DNA from: Chloroflexota bacterium
GTDB lineage: Bacteria; Chloroflexota; UBA11872; VXOZ01
Length of the DNA stretch: 64,000 nt
Assembly: GCA_965221905.1 (NCBI GenBank)
Contig: OZ244922.1
Coordinates: 1,024,001-1,088,000 of the forward strand
Direction of reading: 5' to 3'
Shown here: one piece after another, positions 50,053 to 59,638 of the stretch
Numbering within the stretch: the stretch's first letter is position 1
How the letters are laid out: the number at the start of each line of letters is the position of its first letter
Program-made: the position numbers and the translations under genes
The notes under the pieces: model-generated
Told to the model about the DNA's origin: nothing
The model's database searches: none
Seen by the model: the letters and a program-made list of their open reading frames with translations, nothing else

Positions 50053-50637
50053 ATGCAGGTCACGAAGCGCGTCGTAGAACGTGCAGTACGGAACGCCGTG
50101 CTCCTAATTGCAATCCTTTCCGTGCTGGGCTGCGGCCCGCCTGGGACGGCACCGCGCAAGGGTGCGGAGACGCCATCCGCGCCGGTAGAAGGGACGCCTC
50201 TATCGTATGAGGCGGTGCTCTGCGTCAACGAGGCGCGCATCAACGTGCTGGTCGCCGATACGCCGCAGGAGCGGGCGACGGGACTGAGCGGCTATGCCGG
50301 ACTACCGGAGAACGTCGGAATGCTGTTCGTCTTCCCGGAGCCGCGGCAGCCGTCATTCTGGATGCGGGGGGTGTTGTTTGCTCTCGACCTCATCTGGATA
50401 CGCGACGGCATGGTGGTGCAGATCAATGCCTCTGTCCCGCCCCCGCCCCCAAATACGCCGGACGACCAGCTCCCGCGCTACCACCCGACCGAACCGATCA
50501 CGCACGTGCTGGAACTAACCGCCGGCTCAGCAGCGCGCTACGGCATCACCGCCGGCAGCCGCGTAATTCCTTGCACCGACGTAACGCTAACGCCGGCCGC
50601 TGTAGACAGGACAGAACGGATGCGTTTGCCGCTTTGA
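50053..50637 (+). CDS. DUF192 family lipoprotein
   Basis: Lipobox VLGC; ADTPQERATGL, GMLFVF, FWM and VLELTAG motifs. Confidence 0.88.
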   Translation: MQVTKRVVERAVRNAVLLIAILSVLGCGPPGTAPRKGAETPSAPVEGTPLSYEAVLCVNEARINVLVADTPQERATGLSGYAGLPENVGMLFVFPEPRQPSFWMRGVLFALDLIWIRDGMVVQINASVPPPPPNTPDDQLPRYHPTEPITHVLELTAGSAARYGITAGSRVIPCTDVTLTPAAVDRTERMRLPL

Positions 50638-51047
50638 ATAGGGCTATTCTTCAGAAGACACAACCTCCATTTGGATAGCGCTTTGAGCAAGCACTCCGAT
50701 GGCCTAGGAATGTGATATTCGCCGTACACTCTCCATGACTTTGTATCCTGCAAATTTCGATACTGTGGCCGCACTCTGCGCTTATCTACGATTTCTAGCA
50801 ACTCGTCGTGAGGTATCAAATACCAGCGGGGCGAACCCCCAACTACCTTGACCGGAAAGCACATATAAAATTCTTGATTGACGTTTTTCTTGTAAACACC
50901 CAAACGTGTCCTGAATTGAACCATAATCGGTCTACAGGCCAAAAAGTCAACACCTTGCTTATCGCAGCTTTCCAATCTAAATCCATTCTTCACAAGTAAG
51001 GCTTCAGCCTCGGACATTGATTTCTCTTTCGGGGATTGGACGTTCAT
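50538..51047 (-). CDS. low-GC hypothetical protein, possibly a degenerate PD-(D/E)XK nuclease fold
   Basis: GGAGGTGAGG RBS; GVDFLA..MVQFRTR; WYLIPHDEL; 3' end overlaps the convergent DUF192 gene by 100 nt. Confidence 0.5.
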   Translation of the reverse strand: MNVQSPKEKSMSEAEALLVKNGFRLESCDKQGVDFLACRPIMVQFRTRLGVYKKNVNQEFYMCFPVKVVGGSPRWYLIPHDELLEIVDKRRVRPQYRNLQDTKSWRVYGEYHIPRPSECLLKALSKWRLCLLKNSPIQSGKRIRSVLSTAAGVSVTSVQGITRLPAVMP

Positions 51048-51280
51048 ATCCTCACCTCCCATCCTCTAGCTATCTTCAAGACGTGTCTAGGGAAACATGC
51101 TTTGTGCCGTGAGAGTAGTTCTTACTGGGAATGAGTTAAGTTTCTTGAGAGATACGTCAAGAAGTACTGTCGTTCAATTTGCTGCATTTACCGACCATTG
51201 CATTCCGGTATGTCGTCTATCAGCGCATTTAGGATTTGTGGGCGATAACGACTGTCACGGACATAAGGACTTTCGCTGCT

Positions 51281-51573
51281 TCATGGGAACAGCTTTAGCG
51301 CAGCCACCACCAAGCCGCCAACCGCCACGGCAAGCGCGCCAAGTTGAGACACGGTCTGGCGCAGTTGGCGCTCCAACACTGCCGTCATGCGCAGTTCCAG
51401 GTCGCTCAGGTCGGCTTTGGTTGCCATGACTTCACGCAAGGCGTTTATGTCGGCTTTGGTCGCCAACGCGGCGTATCCTTCTCCCACCACGTCTATCAGG
51501 CTTCTGCTTGAGTCTCGCTAAATCCCGCGCCCGTGAGCGTCTTTACCGCCTTGTGGGTGTCAAACACTGCCAT
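51281..51573 (-). pseudogene. DUF1640/CCDC90-like protein, frameshifted near 51499
   Basis: AAGGAG RBS; MAVFDTHKAVKTLTGAGFSETQAEA ends at TGA; adding one C gives LIDVVGEG...LATKAD...ATKADL and a C-terminal TM helix. Confidence 0.8.
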
Positions 51574-51739
51574 GAATAGACTCCTTAACTCGCGGTCTGA
51601 TTCCCCAATGCTCCGTGCGCTATTTGGCGGAGCAACCAGCACTTGGGTCGCACCTTTATGATGGTAGTTTTTTCTTCGTTTACCGAAACAATCGGTTATT
51701 CCAGCGCCATCTGGCTTCTCTTGCTATAAGATACCATGC

Positions 51740-52366
51740 CTACTCCGACGGCAGGGCGTCTTTGGAAAGCACGTCCTTCGTGCCGGCCTGGTGGTTGGCG
51801 AGGCGGGCGAGGGTGAAGAGCAAGTCGGAGAGACGGTTGAGGTAGATCAGAATTGGTTTGGAGAGTGGCTCTTCTTGCGCGAGGGCAACCGCGATCCGTT
51901 CGGTGCGGCGGATGACGGCGCGGGCGAAATGGAGCGCGGCGGAGGCATGGGTGCCGCCGGGGAGGACGAAATCCGTGAGGGGAGCGAGTTCTGAGTCTGC
52001 CGCGTCGATGGCTGCCTCTAGTGTCGCGGCATGTTCGGGCGTGATGCGTGGAATGGTATAGGCCCGTGGCTCGTGCGGCGTGGCGACGTCTGCGCCCATG
52101 ATGAAGAGTTCGCTTTGGATACGCTGGACTAGTGCCGCGAGGGCGGATGCGTCATTCTGAGCCGGGGAGCCCGTGCTGCTTATTACAGGACTGCTGGCTG
52201 CACTTGCCGTCTCTTCATCCCGCAGGTGGACGACTGCCATGCCCAGCGCGGCGCTGAGCTCGTCGATGGTGCCGATCAGTTCCATGCGAAGGGCGTGTTT
52301 GGCAATCCGCTCGCCGCCAAAGAGCGACGTGGTGCCGTCGTCACCGCCGCCGGTGTAGATGGGCAT
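51740..52366 (-). CDS. cob(I)alamin adenosyltransferase, PduO type
   Basis: IYTGGGDDGTTSL, GTIDEL, FVLPGG, RRTER and YLNRLSDLLF motifs. Confidence 0.95.
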   Translation of the reverse strand: MPIYTGGGDDGTTSLFGGERIAKHALRMELIGTIDELSAALGMAVVHLRDEETASAASSPVISSTGSPAQNDASALAALVQRIQSELFIMGADVATPHEPRAYTIPRITPEHAATLEAAIDAADSELAPLTDFVLPGGTHASAALHFARAVIRRTERIAVALAQEEPLSKPILIYLNRLSDLLFTLARLANHQAGTKDVLSKDALPSE

Positions 52367-52510
52367 GAGGTTTTGTGTCCTCCCGAATTGAAGAATGCTG
52401 ATTTACAAGGGTTGATGGGAGCGGCTTTCCCGTTCGTGCGGAGCTTGACGATGGGTCGAAGAACGAATGGGAAAAGCGTGCTGAAATCGAGAGGGGCTCT
52501 CCGATGCAAT

Positions 52511-52978
52511 CCGTTTTTCGACAGGTCCAAGACAAACAGACTTGTGCGTTGCGAGGATTTTGCTCCTGCGCCGTTTACCCTTCGACAGGCTCAGGGCGAA
52601 CGGCTTGCAACCTGCCAAGGCCCTTTCTTGCACAGCTCGCCCTTCGGCTAGGCTCAGGGCGAACGGCTTGCATCCTGCCAGGGCTCTTTCTTGCACCGCT
52701 CGCCCTTCGGCTAGGCTCAGGGGGAACGGCAGTGCTTTGCAGAGAGCTTGCTCCAGCGCTGTTCACCCTTCGACAGGCTCAGGGCGAACGGCTTGCATTC
52801 TGCCAAGGCCCTTTCTTGCACCGCTCGCCCTTCGGCTAGGCTCAGGGGAACGGCAGTGCTTTGCAGAGAGCTTGCTCCAGCGCTGTTCACCCTTCGACAG
52901 GCTCAGGGCGAACGGCATGCAACCTGCCAGGGCCCTTACTTGCACCGCTAACTCTTTGGCTAGGCTCAGGGCGAACGG
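52511..52978. repeat. mosaic (BIME-like) REP array, about 62-bp period, seven cores plus one degenerate core
   Basis: Two core variants (CCCTTCGACAGGCTCAGGGCGAACGG and CCCTTCGGCTAGGCTCAGGG.GAACGG) and two recurring linkers. Confidence 0.92.
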
Positions 52979-53062
52979 TCATGTGCTGTAGACAAAGAGG
53001 TTCTCTCGCTTCGCCAAACAGAACTGTTAAGCTTCGTGCGATGGGGTTGCTTGAATGCCCCG

Positions 53063-53980
53063 TTACTCCGATGCTGCCGTGCGCAGCATGTCGCGCATGC
53101 GTTGCACTAAGGCCAGTCCCTCGTCCCACGGTCGTTGGAAGCAGTTGCGTCCGAAGATGAAGCCGGTAGCACCTGACTGCACAGCGAGGCGGGCCTTTTC
53201 CAAGGCTTCCTCGTCGCTGGCGCGTTCGCTGCCTGAGACCAGTACCAGAGTTCTGCCTGCCGACTGCACCGCCTTGGCGAGCGCCTCGTCGGGCGTGACT
53301 TTCATGGTGTTGTAGGGCGCGGGCGAGAGCTTGTCCTTTTCAGGATCGATCTTGGGCACGTTGATCTTTACCACGTCGGCCCCAAGTTCGCAGGCTACGC
53401 GCGCGGCGTAGTCGATGGCGTAGAAGCTGTCGCGGCCGCCTTTGGCCTCCATGTGCTTGCCACGGGGGTACGCCCACATGATCGTGGGCATGCCGAAACG
53501 GTCGGCGTCTTGGCGCACCTGCCGCCACTGGGCAAAGTCCTCATCCTGGCGCGACGATCCCATGTACAGCGTGTAGCCGATGGCGTCGGCGCCCAGGCGC
53601 ACGGCGTCCTCGACTGTGGCGTTGAGCGGATTGAGCGGATCGTCATCCGGCGGAATGTTGGTCTTGCCGTTGAGTTTCAATACCAGCGGCATCCGGCCGG
53701 CGTATGGGCGCATGTGCTTTAGGGCGGTGCCGTATTGCAGGGCCACACCCGAAAACCCACCCTCCAGCGCCAGCCGCCAGATGTAGTCGGGATCGAGCGC
53801 GTCGGGATTATCGAAGAAGTCCGCCGGGCCATGTTCCATGCCGTGGTCTACGGGCAAGAGCATCATAGTGCCGTTACCGGGACCGTAGCCGTAAAGCAAG
53901 CGCTGCAAGCGCACGTGCTTCCCCGGACTTAACTCTAGATCGTCTAGCGTGGTCCGACGGTTTTTCATAGCACCCGCCAT
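53063..53980 (-). CDS. class I fructose-bisphosphate aldolase (DhnA/FbaB type)
   Basis: PVDHGMEHGP, WAYPRG, ELGADVVK and FGRN motifs. Confidence 0.92.
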   Translation of the reverse strand: MAGAMKNRRTTLDDLELSPGKHVRLQRLLYGYGPGNGTMMLLPVDHGMEHGPADFFDNPDALDPDYIWRLALEGGFSGVALQYGTALKHMRPYAGRMPLVLKLNGKTNIPPDDDPLNPLNATVEDAVRLGADAIGYTLYMGSSRQDEDFAQWRQVRQDADRFGMPTIMWAYPRGKHMEAKGGRDSFYAIDYAARVACELGADVVKINVPKIDPEKDKLSPAPYNTMKVTPDEALAKAVQSAGRTLVLVSGSERASDEEALEKARLAVQSGATGFIFGRNCFQRPWDEGLALVQRMRDMLRTAASE

Positions 53981-54188
53981 GGTAGCCCCCTTAAGTCGTT
54001 GCGGTGAAGGCTATTCAAGATAACTGATTACCTGTTGCGCAAGAGTAACATGATTACACCGCTCTTCGTGTGCGGCCCTTGGAGATTTCACCGCTATTGC
54101 TACCAGTTGCAGGATGTGGCTGCGGCAATTTCCGGCCGGCATTATCCATTCAACCCCGTGCGCAGCGCTAAACGATCTTGGGGAGCAG

Positions 54189-54617
54189 TCAAGCGCCGAG
54201 GAACGGTAGATGTTTCAATCGATGGTACCTCAGAGCAAGCGAAATGCAGTGCTTCAACGCGTCTACTGGCAGCTCGTCGGTTTCGCGAAATACGATGGCC
54301 CTATTCCCCTCGAACGTGAAGAAGTCCGTGTAGAGCGCCTTGAACGTATCAACCAACGAAGTGTTGCAGTTGAAGTACAGCGCGTACTGGTGCGGTGACT
54401 TCTGCTTCCAGTCCATTCTGATCGTGCTGCCGCTTTTGGTGAGGTAGCTTGGCTCTCCCCACTTTAGGGTTTCTTCCACGGCAGCAACGCCCTCTGTTTC
54501 TGCTGCCGCTTCGAAGACGATCTGCCTAAGCCGCAGCATCTTCGTGCGCATAAGCTCCGGGTAACTGTCGAATACTTGCGCTACATTAGGGTTCTCGATA
54601 CTGTCCATGCCCGACAT
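54189..54617 (-). CDS. DUF1801 domain protein
   Basis: EETLKWGEPSY, GSTIRMDWK and FEGNRA motifs. Confidence 0.88.
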   Translation of the reverse strand: MSGMDSIENPNVAQVFDSYPELMRTKMLRLRQIVFEAAAETEGVAAVEETLKWGEPSYLTKSGSTIRMDWKQKSPHQYALYFNCNTSLVDTFKALYTDFFTFEGNRAIVFRETDELPVDALKHCISLALRYHRLKHLPFLGA

Positions 54618-54717
54618 CGCTGTCCTCATACGCATCCCGCATCCTGCTTTCACTCATGCGGAGTGAGAACTAAGATGCCGTACCCTCCGGCTATGAAGGA
54701 ATGGCCGTCACAGACTC

Positions 54718-55569
54718 TTAGAGAGTTGTGGGTTGCTTCACTGCTGCTTCCAGCCGCGCTAGAGACTCCGGGGGCACGTTAATAGCGCCTAGTTCCGCTT
54801 GGGATAGGATGCCGCCGCCGTGAAAGTCGCTGCCGCCGGTGGGAATCAAGTTTAATCGCTCTGCGATGCCTAGAATTTCCGCCTGTTGATCCGCCGTGTA
54901 GCCGGTGTAGTAGGTTTCGATGGCGTCGAGGCCGGCGTCCGCAAGCTCGGGGACTAGCGCATCCAGGTCCACTTGATCTGCGCCTTCCACGTTGTAAGGG
55001 TGCGCAAGCCCGGCCGCGGCCCCGGCCCGGTGCAGCAAGGCTACGGCTTCACCCGGCGCGAGCTTTGGCTGGTCCACGTAGGCCGGCATGCCGTGTCCGA
55101 GGAATTTGTCAAAGGCTTCGTTCGAATTGCGCACGTAGCCTTGGGCGATCATGGCCTTGGCAATATGGGGGCGTCCCACCGCTCCGCCGTCTGCGCGCTG
55201 CAGGATGCCTTCCCAATCAAGCGGCATGTTGAGCGCGGCCAGCTTCTCTACCATCCGCTGTGCGCGATAGAGTCTGCCGTCCCGCTGCCGCGCAATTACT
55301 GCCTGCAACTCCGGGTGCTCTGTGTCCACGAAATAGCCCAGGATATGTACGGATTGGCCGTGCCACATAGTGTTGAACTCGATGCCGGCGATAATGCGCA
55401 CGCCGTATTCCTGTCCGGCCTCCTGCGCAGCAGCGACGCCGTCGGTGCTGTCGTGGTCGGTGATGGCAATGCAGTCAAGTCCCGCCTCGCACGCCATGTG
55501 CACGAGATCGGCAGGGGCAAACGCGCCGTCTGAGGCCGTGGTGTGCAGATGTAGATCGATGCCGGGCAT
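54718..55569 (-). CDS. PHP-domain phosphoesterase (TrpH/YciV-like)
   Basis: DLHLHTTASDG, ITDHD, HILGY, LAHP and GGSDFHG motifs. Confidence 0.93.
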   Translation of the reverse strand: MPGIDLHLHTTASDGAFAPADLVHMACEAGLDCIAITDHDSTDGVAAAQEAGQEYGVRIIAGIEFNTMWHGQSVHILGYFVDTEHPELQAVIARQRDGRLYRAQRMVEKLAALNMPLDWEGILQRADGGAVGRPHIAKAMIAQGYVRNSNEAFDKFLGHGMPAYVDQPKLAPGEAVALLHRAGAAAGLAHPYNVEGADQVDLDALVPELADAGLDAIETYYTGYTADQQAEILGIAERLNLIPTGGSDFHGGGILSQAELGAINVPPESLARLEAAVKQPTTL

Positions 55570-55695
55570 TTGAGATATCTGTTTCGTCGGATTGCTGCGA
55601 TGTTGTTGAATTTGGCCGCTAAGCCCCGCCGTCCCTATAATACACTACGGCCTGCGCCGTGAAGACGTGAAACTGAAATGCAAGGATACCGCGGA

Positions 55696-55965
55696 ATGAA
55701 GACATTCTGGGAGACACGCTACGCGACAGAGGGCGCTATTTGGGGCCAACAGCCAAGCAAGACCGTGGAACGAGCCCACACGCAGTTTCGGCAATGCGGC
55801 ATCCAAGCCCTTCTCATCCCCGGATGCGGCTATGGGAGCAACGTCCGACTCTTTACGGATAATGGGTATGACGTGACGGGCATTGAGATCTCCGAGACCG
55901 CCCTTGCTCTCGCACAGGCGCGAAAACTCTTCGCGCGCACGTCTTCAACCAAGGCTGAGAGCTAG
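55696..55965 (+). pseudogene. truncated class I SAM methyltransferase (N-terminal half only)
   Basis: FWETRY, LIPGCGYG and VTGIEISETAL, then a stop overlapping the convergent gene. Confidence 0.7.
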
Positions 55966-56732
55966 TCGAGTCGGACGGGAACGCCTGCGAGGAGGCCGGC
56001 CTTGTGCATGGATACCCACTCGCCCATGAACGTCTCGTTCCAGGTGTCGGTGAGGGGGTGCTCCATCATCTCTTGGAAGATGGGCCAGAAGATGATGATG
56101 CCGTCGGCGCCGTCGCGAAGGGCGGCGTAGGCGGTCTCTACGCTCCTGACGAGGGCGGCGGTGACGTAGGGGCGGTTTTCCCAGCCCGCGAACATCTGCA
56201 CGCACTCGCGGACGAGCTTGGTCGGGTCGCCGCCCATCTGCTTCACCGGCTCGCAGAAGGGGAGGATATGGGTAGCGCCCGCCTGGGCAACGGCGGCAGC
56301 CTGGGGCAGTGAGAATACGGTCGTGCAATAGGTCTCGATGCCTTCCTCCGCCAAGCGCCGGAAGGCCCCAAGCCCGTTTACGGTGCAGGGAATCTTGATG
56401 ATGATCCGGTCGGACATCCGCGTGAAGAAGTGGCTGACGTCGAGCAACTCATCCGTTGAGTTGCCGTCGACCTCGACTACCACGGGCTTGTCGGTGATGT
56501 CGAGGTAGCGCTGGACGACGTCCTTGATCTGACCGTATTTCTTCACCATGTCATTGAGGATGACTGTGTTTGTGACGATGCCGGCGGCGCCGCGGTCCAT
56601 CCAGTGCTTAAGGTCTGCGGGGTCCCCTGCCAGCCAAATGGCGGGGCCTCTGCCGACGCGCCGGGCTTGCATCACGGGGCCGGTTACTACCGGTTCCACA
56701 CCGTTCGTGCTGATGTTGGTCTCGGTTGCCAT
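55962..56732 (-). CDS. divergent transaldolase/fructose-6-phosphate aldolase family protein
   Basis: GIVTN, IIIKIP (Schiff-base Lys) and TVFSLPQA..AQAGA motifs; GGAGG RBS. Confidence 0.8.
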   Translation of the reverse strand: MATETNISTNGVEPVVTGPVMQARRVGRGPAIWLAGDPADLKHWMDRGAAGIVTNTVILNDMVKKYGQIKDVVQRYLDITDKPVVVEVDGNSTDELLDVSHFFTRMSDRIIIKIPCTVNGLGAFRRLAEEGIETYCTTVFSLPQAAAVAQAGATHILPFCEPVKQMGGDPTKLVRECVQMFAGWENRPYVTAALVRSVETAYAALRDGADGIIIFWPIFQEMMEHPLTDTWNETFMGEWVSMHKAGLLAGVPVRLD

Positions 56733-56908
56733 GCTGCGCCTCCAGGGTGTCGTCTTGCGGTTGCAATCGGATTTCCCAAAGTATGACACATGTGGATTTA
56801 GCCGAATTTCTTCACATGGTGCCAGCTACGTCTTCCAAGCAGCCTTAAACCAGTGCGCTCTCAACCCACCACATACTGAGTCAACGGATGGATCACTCAG
56901 TTCTTAGG

Positions 56909-57925
56909 CTACAGCCCTAGCATCTCTCGGAGCACCGGCGCGATGTGGGTGGCTATGCGGGTCATACCTGTGTCGTTGGGATGTACGCCGTCTGGAGTGA
57001 GGGATGTGTCGTTGGGGCCGATGATGGTGGTGCCGTCAATGAGGCGGATTTGCGAGTCGCCGGCGGCGCGTAGTTTCGCAACGACCTCGTGTTCTGCTTC
57101 TCGGAGCGCAGCCACGGTGACGCCCCGCGCATCGGGCGTGGTGTCGGTAAAGTCGCCGTGGCAACTGAGGATGCTCATAACCAGAATCGGCGTGGTCGGA
57201 TGCCCGGCCCGGACGAGCTCGATGAAGTTGCGGAAGGTCTCGCGCCAGGCGGGGGCATCGAGCCAGGGCGAGACGCGCAGGTTCACGCCCATGAGGATGC
57301 TCAGCACGTCAAAACGCATCGCCGCCAGCGATTTTGCTACGCCGGGCTCACCGCGCGCCCAGCCCCGGAAGCCAAGATTGAGGGGATCCACTCCCGCCAG
57401 GCGTGCCGCCTGCGCCACGTACGTTAGTCCCGGGTCGGTCGCCGTCCGGCCTTGCGTGATGGAATCGCCGTAGGCGGCCCAGACGTGCGGCGCGGGATCA
57501 ACGCGTGAGAGGGTGTGACCGTCCGGTACGCCGAGCGCAATCGGCTCTAGACGCGTGACGTACGGCAGGTAGAGCGTGACCGTCTGCGCGCCGTCTGCCG
57601 GCAGCGCGAATTCGACGCGAATCTCGCCCTCTGGATTGCGTTGGTTGCTGCTGGCGACGCGTTTGTCGTGCATCCACACACTGACCACGGCCTCTTCTTC
57701 AGGCTCATGTCCGGGGTCCCAAGCGCGGAACGTGATCTGCGTGGCGGAGGTAGAGAAGACCAGGCGGACGCCAGCGGTGGAGAGCGCATGCTGCCACGCG
57801 CCCACGGGGTAAGTTAAGGTTTCCGCCGGATCGAGACGCGTAGTCTGTAACCGTCCGTCGGCTATCTGGGCAAAGGGCGCGCCGCGCAGCAAAGGGAGCA
57901 ATTCTTCACCGGAATACCAGCGCAT
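56909..57925 (-). CDS. SGNH/GDSL hydrolase
   Basis: YGDSITQG, NLGFRG, GVN and DGVHPN motifs. Confidence 0.92.
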   Translation of the reverse strand: MRWYSGEELLPLLRGAPFAQIADGRLQTTRLDPAETLTYPVGAWQHALSTAGVRLVFSTSATQITFRAWDPGHEPEEEAVVSVWMHDKRVASSNQRNPEGEIRVEFALPADGAQTVTLYLPYVTRLEPIALGVPDGHTLSRVDPAPHVWAAYGDSITQGRTATDPGLTYVAQAARLAGVDPLNLGFRGWARGEPGVAKSLAAMRFDVLSILMGVNLRVSPWLDAPAWRETFRNFIELVRAGHPTTPILVMSILSCHGDFTDTTPDARGVTVAALREAEHEVVAKLRAAGDSQIRLIDGTTIIGPNDTSLTPDGVHPNDTGMTRIATHIAPVLREMLGL

Positions 57926-58087
57926 GGGGAAAAGTCCTCCTGGTGGCGCGTGGTGCGAATGTCACTTTAGACCTTAGTCACAAATGTCCTTGGGAATCTT
58001 TGGCATGTCGAATGGATTGGGATGGATTACAAAGAATCCCCTCACTCGTACCCTCTCCCCGAGGAGAGGGTTCTCTCTTGCGCGCCT

Positions 58088-59310
58088 TTATGTACGGTAG
58101 TCGCTGTTGAAGATGACGTATTCGGTGGTGAGGTCGCAGCCCCAGGCGGTGGCGGTGGCGTCGCCGTCGGCCAGGTCGAGTATAAACATCGCTTCCTTCT
58201 TGTCCAGCAACGTGGAGGCGGTGTCCTCGTCGAAGTCGGTGGGCGTACCGTTGCGGAAGAGGAGGATGTCCTCCAACCAGAGCGATGCAATGTTTGGATC
58301 GAATTCCACGCCGCTGTAGCCCGCCGCGCACATGATACGGCCCCAGTTCGGGTCGGAGCCGAGAAAGGCGGTCTTCACCAAGCTGGAACTCGCCACACTG
58401 CGGCCGATGATGCGGGCGGCTTCTACCGTGGCCGCGCCGCGCACTTCCACACCGAAGATCTTCGTGGCGCCTTCAGCATTGCGCACGATTCCTTTTGCCA
58501 AGCACAGCGCAACCGCGCGTAATGCGCTCTCAAAGGCTGCGCCGGCCGCGCCGCCGTCGATTTCCGGTCCCCCTGCGGCGCCGTTTGCCAGCGCCAGCAC
58601 CGTATCGTTGGTCGAAGTATCGCCGTCCACGCTAATCATGTGGAAAGAATCATCTACGGCTCGCTTCAGCGCCGCTTGCAGAAAGTTCCTTGCGACCGGG
58701 GCGTCTGTGGTGAGGTAAGCGAGCATAGTGGCCATGTTGGGATGAATCATGGCGGCGCCCTTGCACATGCCGCCCACTGCGTAGGTGATGCCGTTGGCTT
58801 CGAACTGGGCCGCGGCTTCCTTGGGCCACTCATCGGTGGTCAGCATGGCCGTTGCCGCTTCGAGGTGGCGCTCTTTGACCGGCGCAAGCCGGCTGATACC
58901 GTCCCGGACAATTTCCATGGGCAGTTGGCGACCGATCACGCCGGTGGAGCAAACGAGTATTTCTTCGGCTTCCACCCCAATCCGCGCTGCCAGCAGTGCT
59001 GTCATTTCCAGAGCGTTTGCCATGCCTTGGTCGCCGGTGCAGGCGTTGGCATTGCCGCTGCAGTAGACGACGCCGCGAGTCACGCCGCGATGCATGCGTT
59101 CTTGGTCGACGAGCACGGGTGCGGCTTTGACCTGATTCTTGGTGAAGACACCGGCGACGGTCGCGGGCAGTTCCGATACCAGACAGCCCACGTCGCGCTT
59201 TTCAACCGTCGCATCGTACTCTTTGATGCGCAAAACACACCGTCTGCAAGAAACCCGGCCGGGCGTGTTGCGCCCCCGGCAACCAGTCCTTCCGCGAGAT
59301 CTTCTGTCAT
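58088..59310 (-). CDS. argJ: ornithine acetyltransferase/N-acetylglutamate synthase; frameshift near 59229
   Basis: SGNANACTG, KGAAMIHPNMATML, DGDTSTND and DPNWGRI motifs. The typical N-terminus (MTED...GGATRPAGFLADGVFC, with GAGGA RBS) is in a different frame; one added G gives C-G-I-K. Confidence 0.93.
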
Positions 59311-59394
59311 TAAACTCTTTCCTCAATTAAGTTGTGGTTGAGCGCTCATCCGTCCGTGCGGGCTATACGCAACACCCAACTGCCATCTTTGCGA

Positions 59395-59493
59395 GAGTTC
59401 CTCCCGCTTACGGGCAGTTCCTCCCGCTTACGGGCAGTTCCTCCCGCTTACGGGCAGTGCTTCCCGCTTGCGGGCACAGCTCCCGTGCGAGGC
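59395..59493. repeat. 20-bp tandem repeat with internal hairpin
   Basis: CTCCCGCTTACGGGCAGT(T/G)C at 59401, 59421 and 59441, then degenerate copies; CCCG-CTTA-CGGG stem. Confidence 0.9.
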
Positions 59494-59638
59494 ATTGGGC
59501 GGCTAGCGGCAACGGAAAAGGGTAGGCGCAAACTGCTTGCTGCGAATTCCTCTATGATGATACACGAGACCGCTACGGGCTGCGCAGTCGTAGCAGCAAA
59601 TTGCGTGAAGTGCGCGGGTTAGAGGGCAGCCAGGGGTA

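Noticed and set aside
52511-52978. CRISPR array
   Set aside because: Spacers are of only two recurring types, the repeat is a dispersed REP, and there are no cas genes in the window.
52403-52991. ORFs with repeated PFDRLRANG or LRQAQGER peptides
   Set aside because: These are translations of the REP array, not proteins.
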